Positions 63,223-64,000 of a stretch of 64,000 nucleotides of DNA are shown one piece after another. Under the pieces are notes generated by a model. That model did no database searches, was not told the origin of the DNA, and worked only from the letters and a program-made list of their open reading frames with translations. Source of the DNA: Lama guanicoe (Eukaryota); NCBI GenBank assembly GCA_013239625.1, contig MU053810.1:3628071-3692070 (forward strand). The letters are read 5' to 3'. Position 1 is the first letter of the stretch. Each line of letters starts with the position of its first letter. A program made the translations under genes and the position numbers.

Positions 63223-64000
63223 AGTACCCTACGTTTTTCACGTCCAACGGCAGCAGCATATTAGAGGTCAGTTAAAGGAGGGGTAGAAGAAAGCGAAGCT
63301 GGAAGAGGAGTCTTTTCTGCCTTTAATACTATTTTAAGTTGATCCTATTTTGATTTAAAATGTCACGATTTAGCAGTTAGAGTTTGGGGGCTTTTCATGG
63401 CTTTTTTGCTTTGTTTTCTCCATCATGGTCCCTAACAACCCCTCCCTCTACCATACACACACAGAAGATTACAGACACACTATGCAGGACGACTTGTCTG
63501 GCCTCTAATGACCCCTTAATCTTGTAAATGTCTTAAATAAAGGTCATGTGTCAGAACTAAACTAAATGATGTAAATTTGCATGCACAGGGCCTGCCGCCT
63601 GCACTGCGGGCAGATAAGCATTTTATAAACAATCTGTTCGAATGAAAATACTAAAGAATTTGATGCCATCATTTCATTTTATAAAATTCTATTTGAAACA
63701 GTTTAGAGCATGGGAAGAATTTCATTATGCATAGATTTTACTGTAATGCCGTTTATAGTTATAGGAATTTGCTGTATACTAAACAGTAGATACTGAAAAG
63801 TCATAGATTATGTCTATTTCCCACTATTGGCAATATGTAGTTAAAGGGAGTGTTTCGGTGTTGTCAGCTGAAAGTTTGCTTATTTTTGTGAGTTATTTTG
63901 GAAGTGAATCTGGAATAAGTTACGGGAACATTGTAACTTACAATTTTCCTTGTTAGAAAATAGAATTTCTCCATTCTTGAGATAATATTTTGCCTTAAAA

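Noticed and set aside
1..64000. A novel multi-gene system
   Set aside because: Only one host gene (ARMC3) is present. The rest is explained by repeats, retrocopies and non-coding DNA.

Overview
Mammalian genomic DNA, probably camelid: it has a tRNA-Ala-derived SINE of the Vic-1 type and camelid-type L1 3' tails. The first ~39 kb is repeat-rich intergenic sequence (L1, MaLR LTRs, a decayed hAT-Charlie transposon). It holds a TSD-flanked ZNF207/BuGZ retrocopy with a 365-codon ORF and a ~2.06 kb near-identical duplication beside an N-gap that is probably an assembly artefact. From ~39.5 kb there is a CpG-island promoter with an RFX X-box and the 5' part of ARMC3 (+ strand): a probable non-coding exon 1 and five coding exons giving 179 aa, with the gene continuing past the window. 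ARMC3 introns contain a tailless 5'-half tRNA-Gly(TCC) retrocopy and a decayed EIF2AK1 (HRI kinase) retropseudogene with a 120-nt insert at a presumed exon junction. I see no evidence of a new multi-gene system; the interesting signals are unusual retrotransposition products. All family and gene comparisons are from memory and were not checked against a database.
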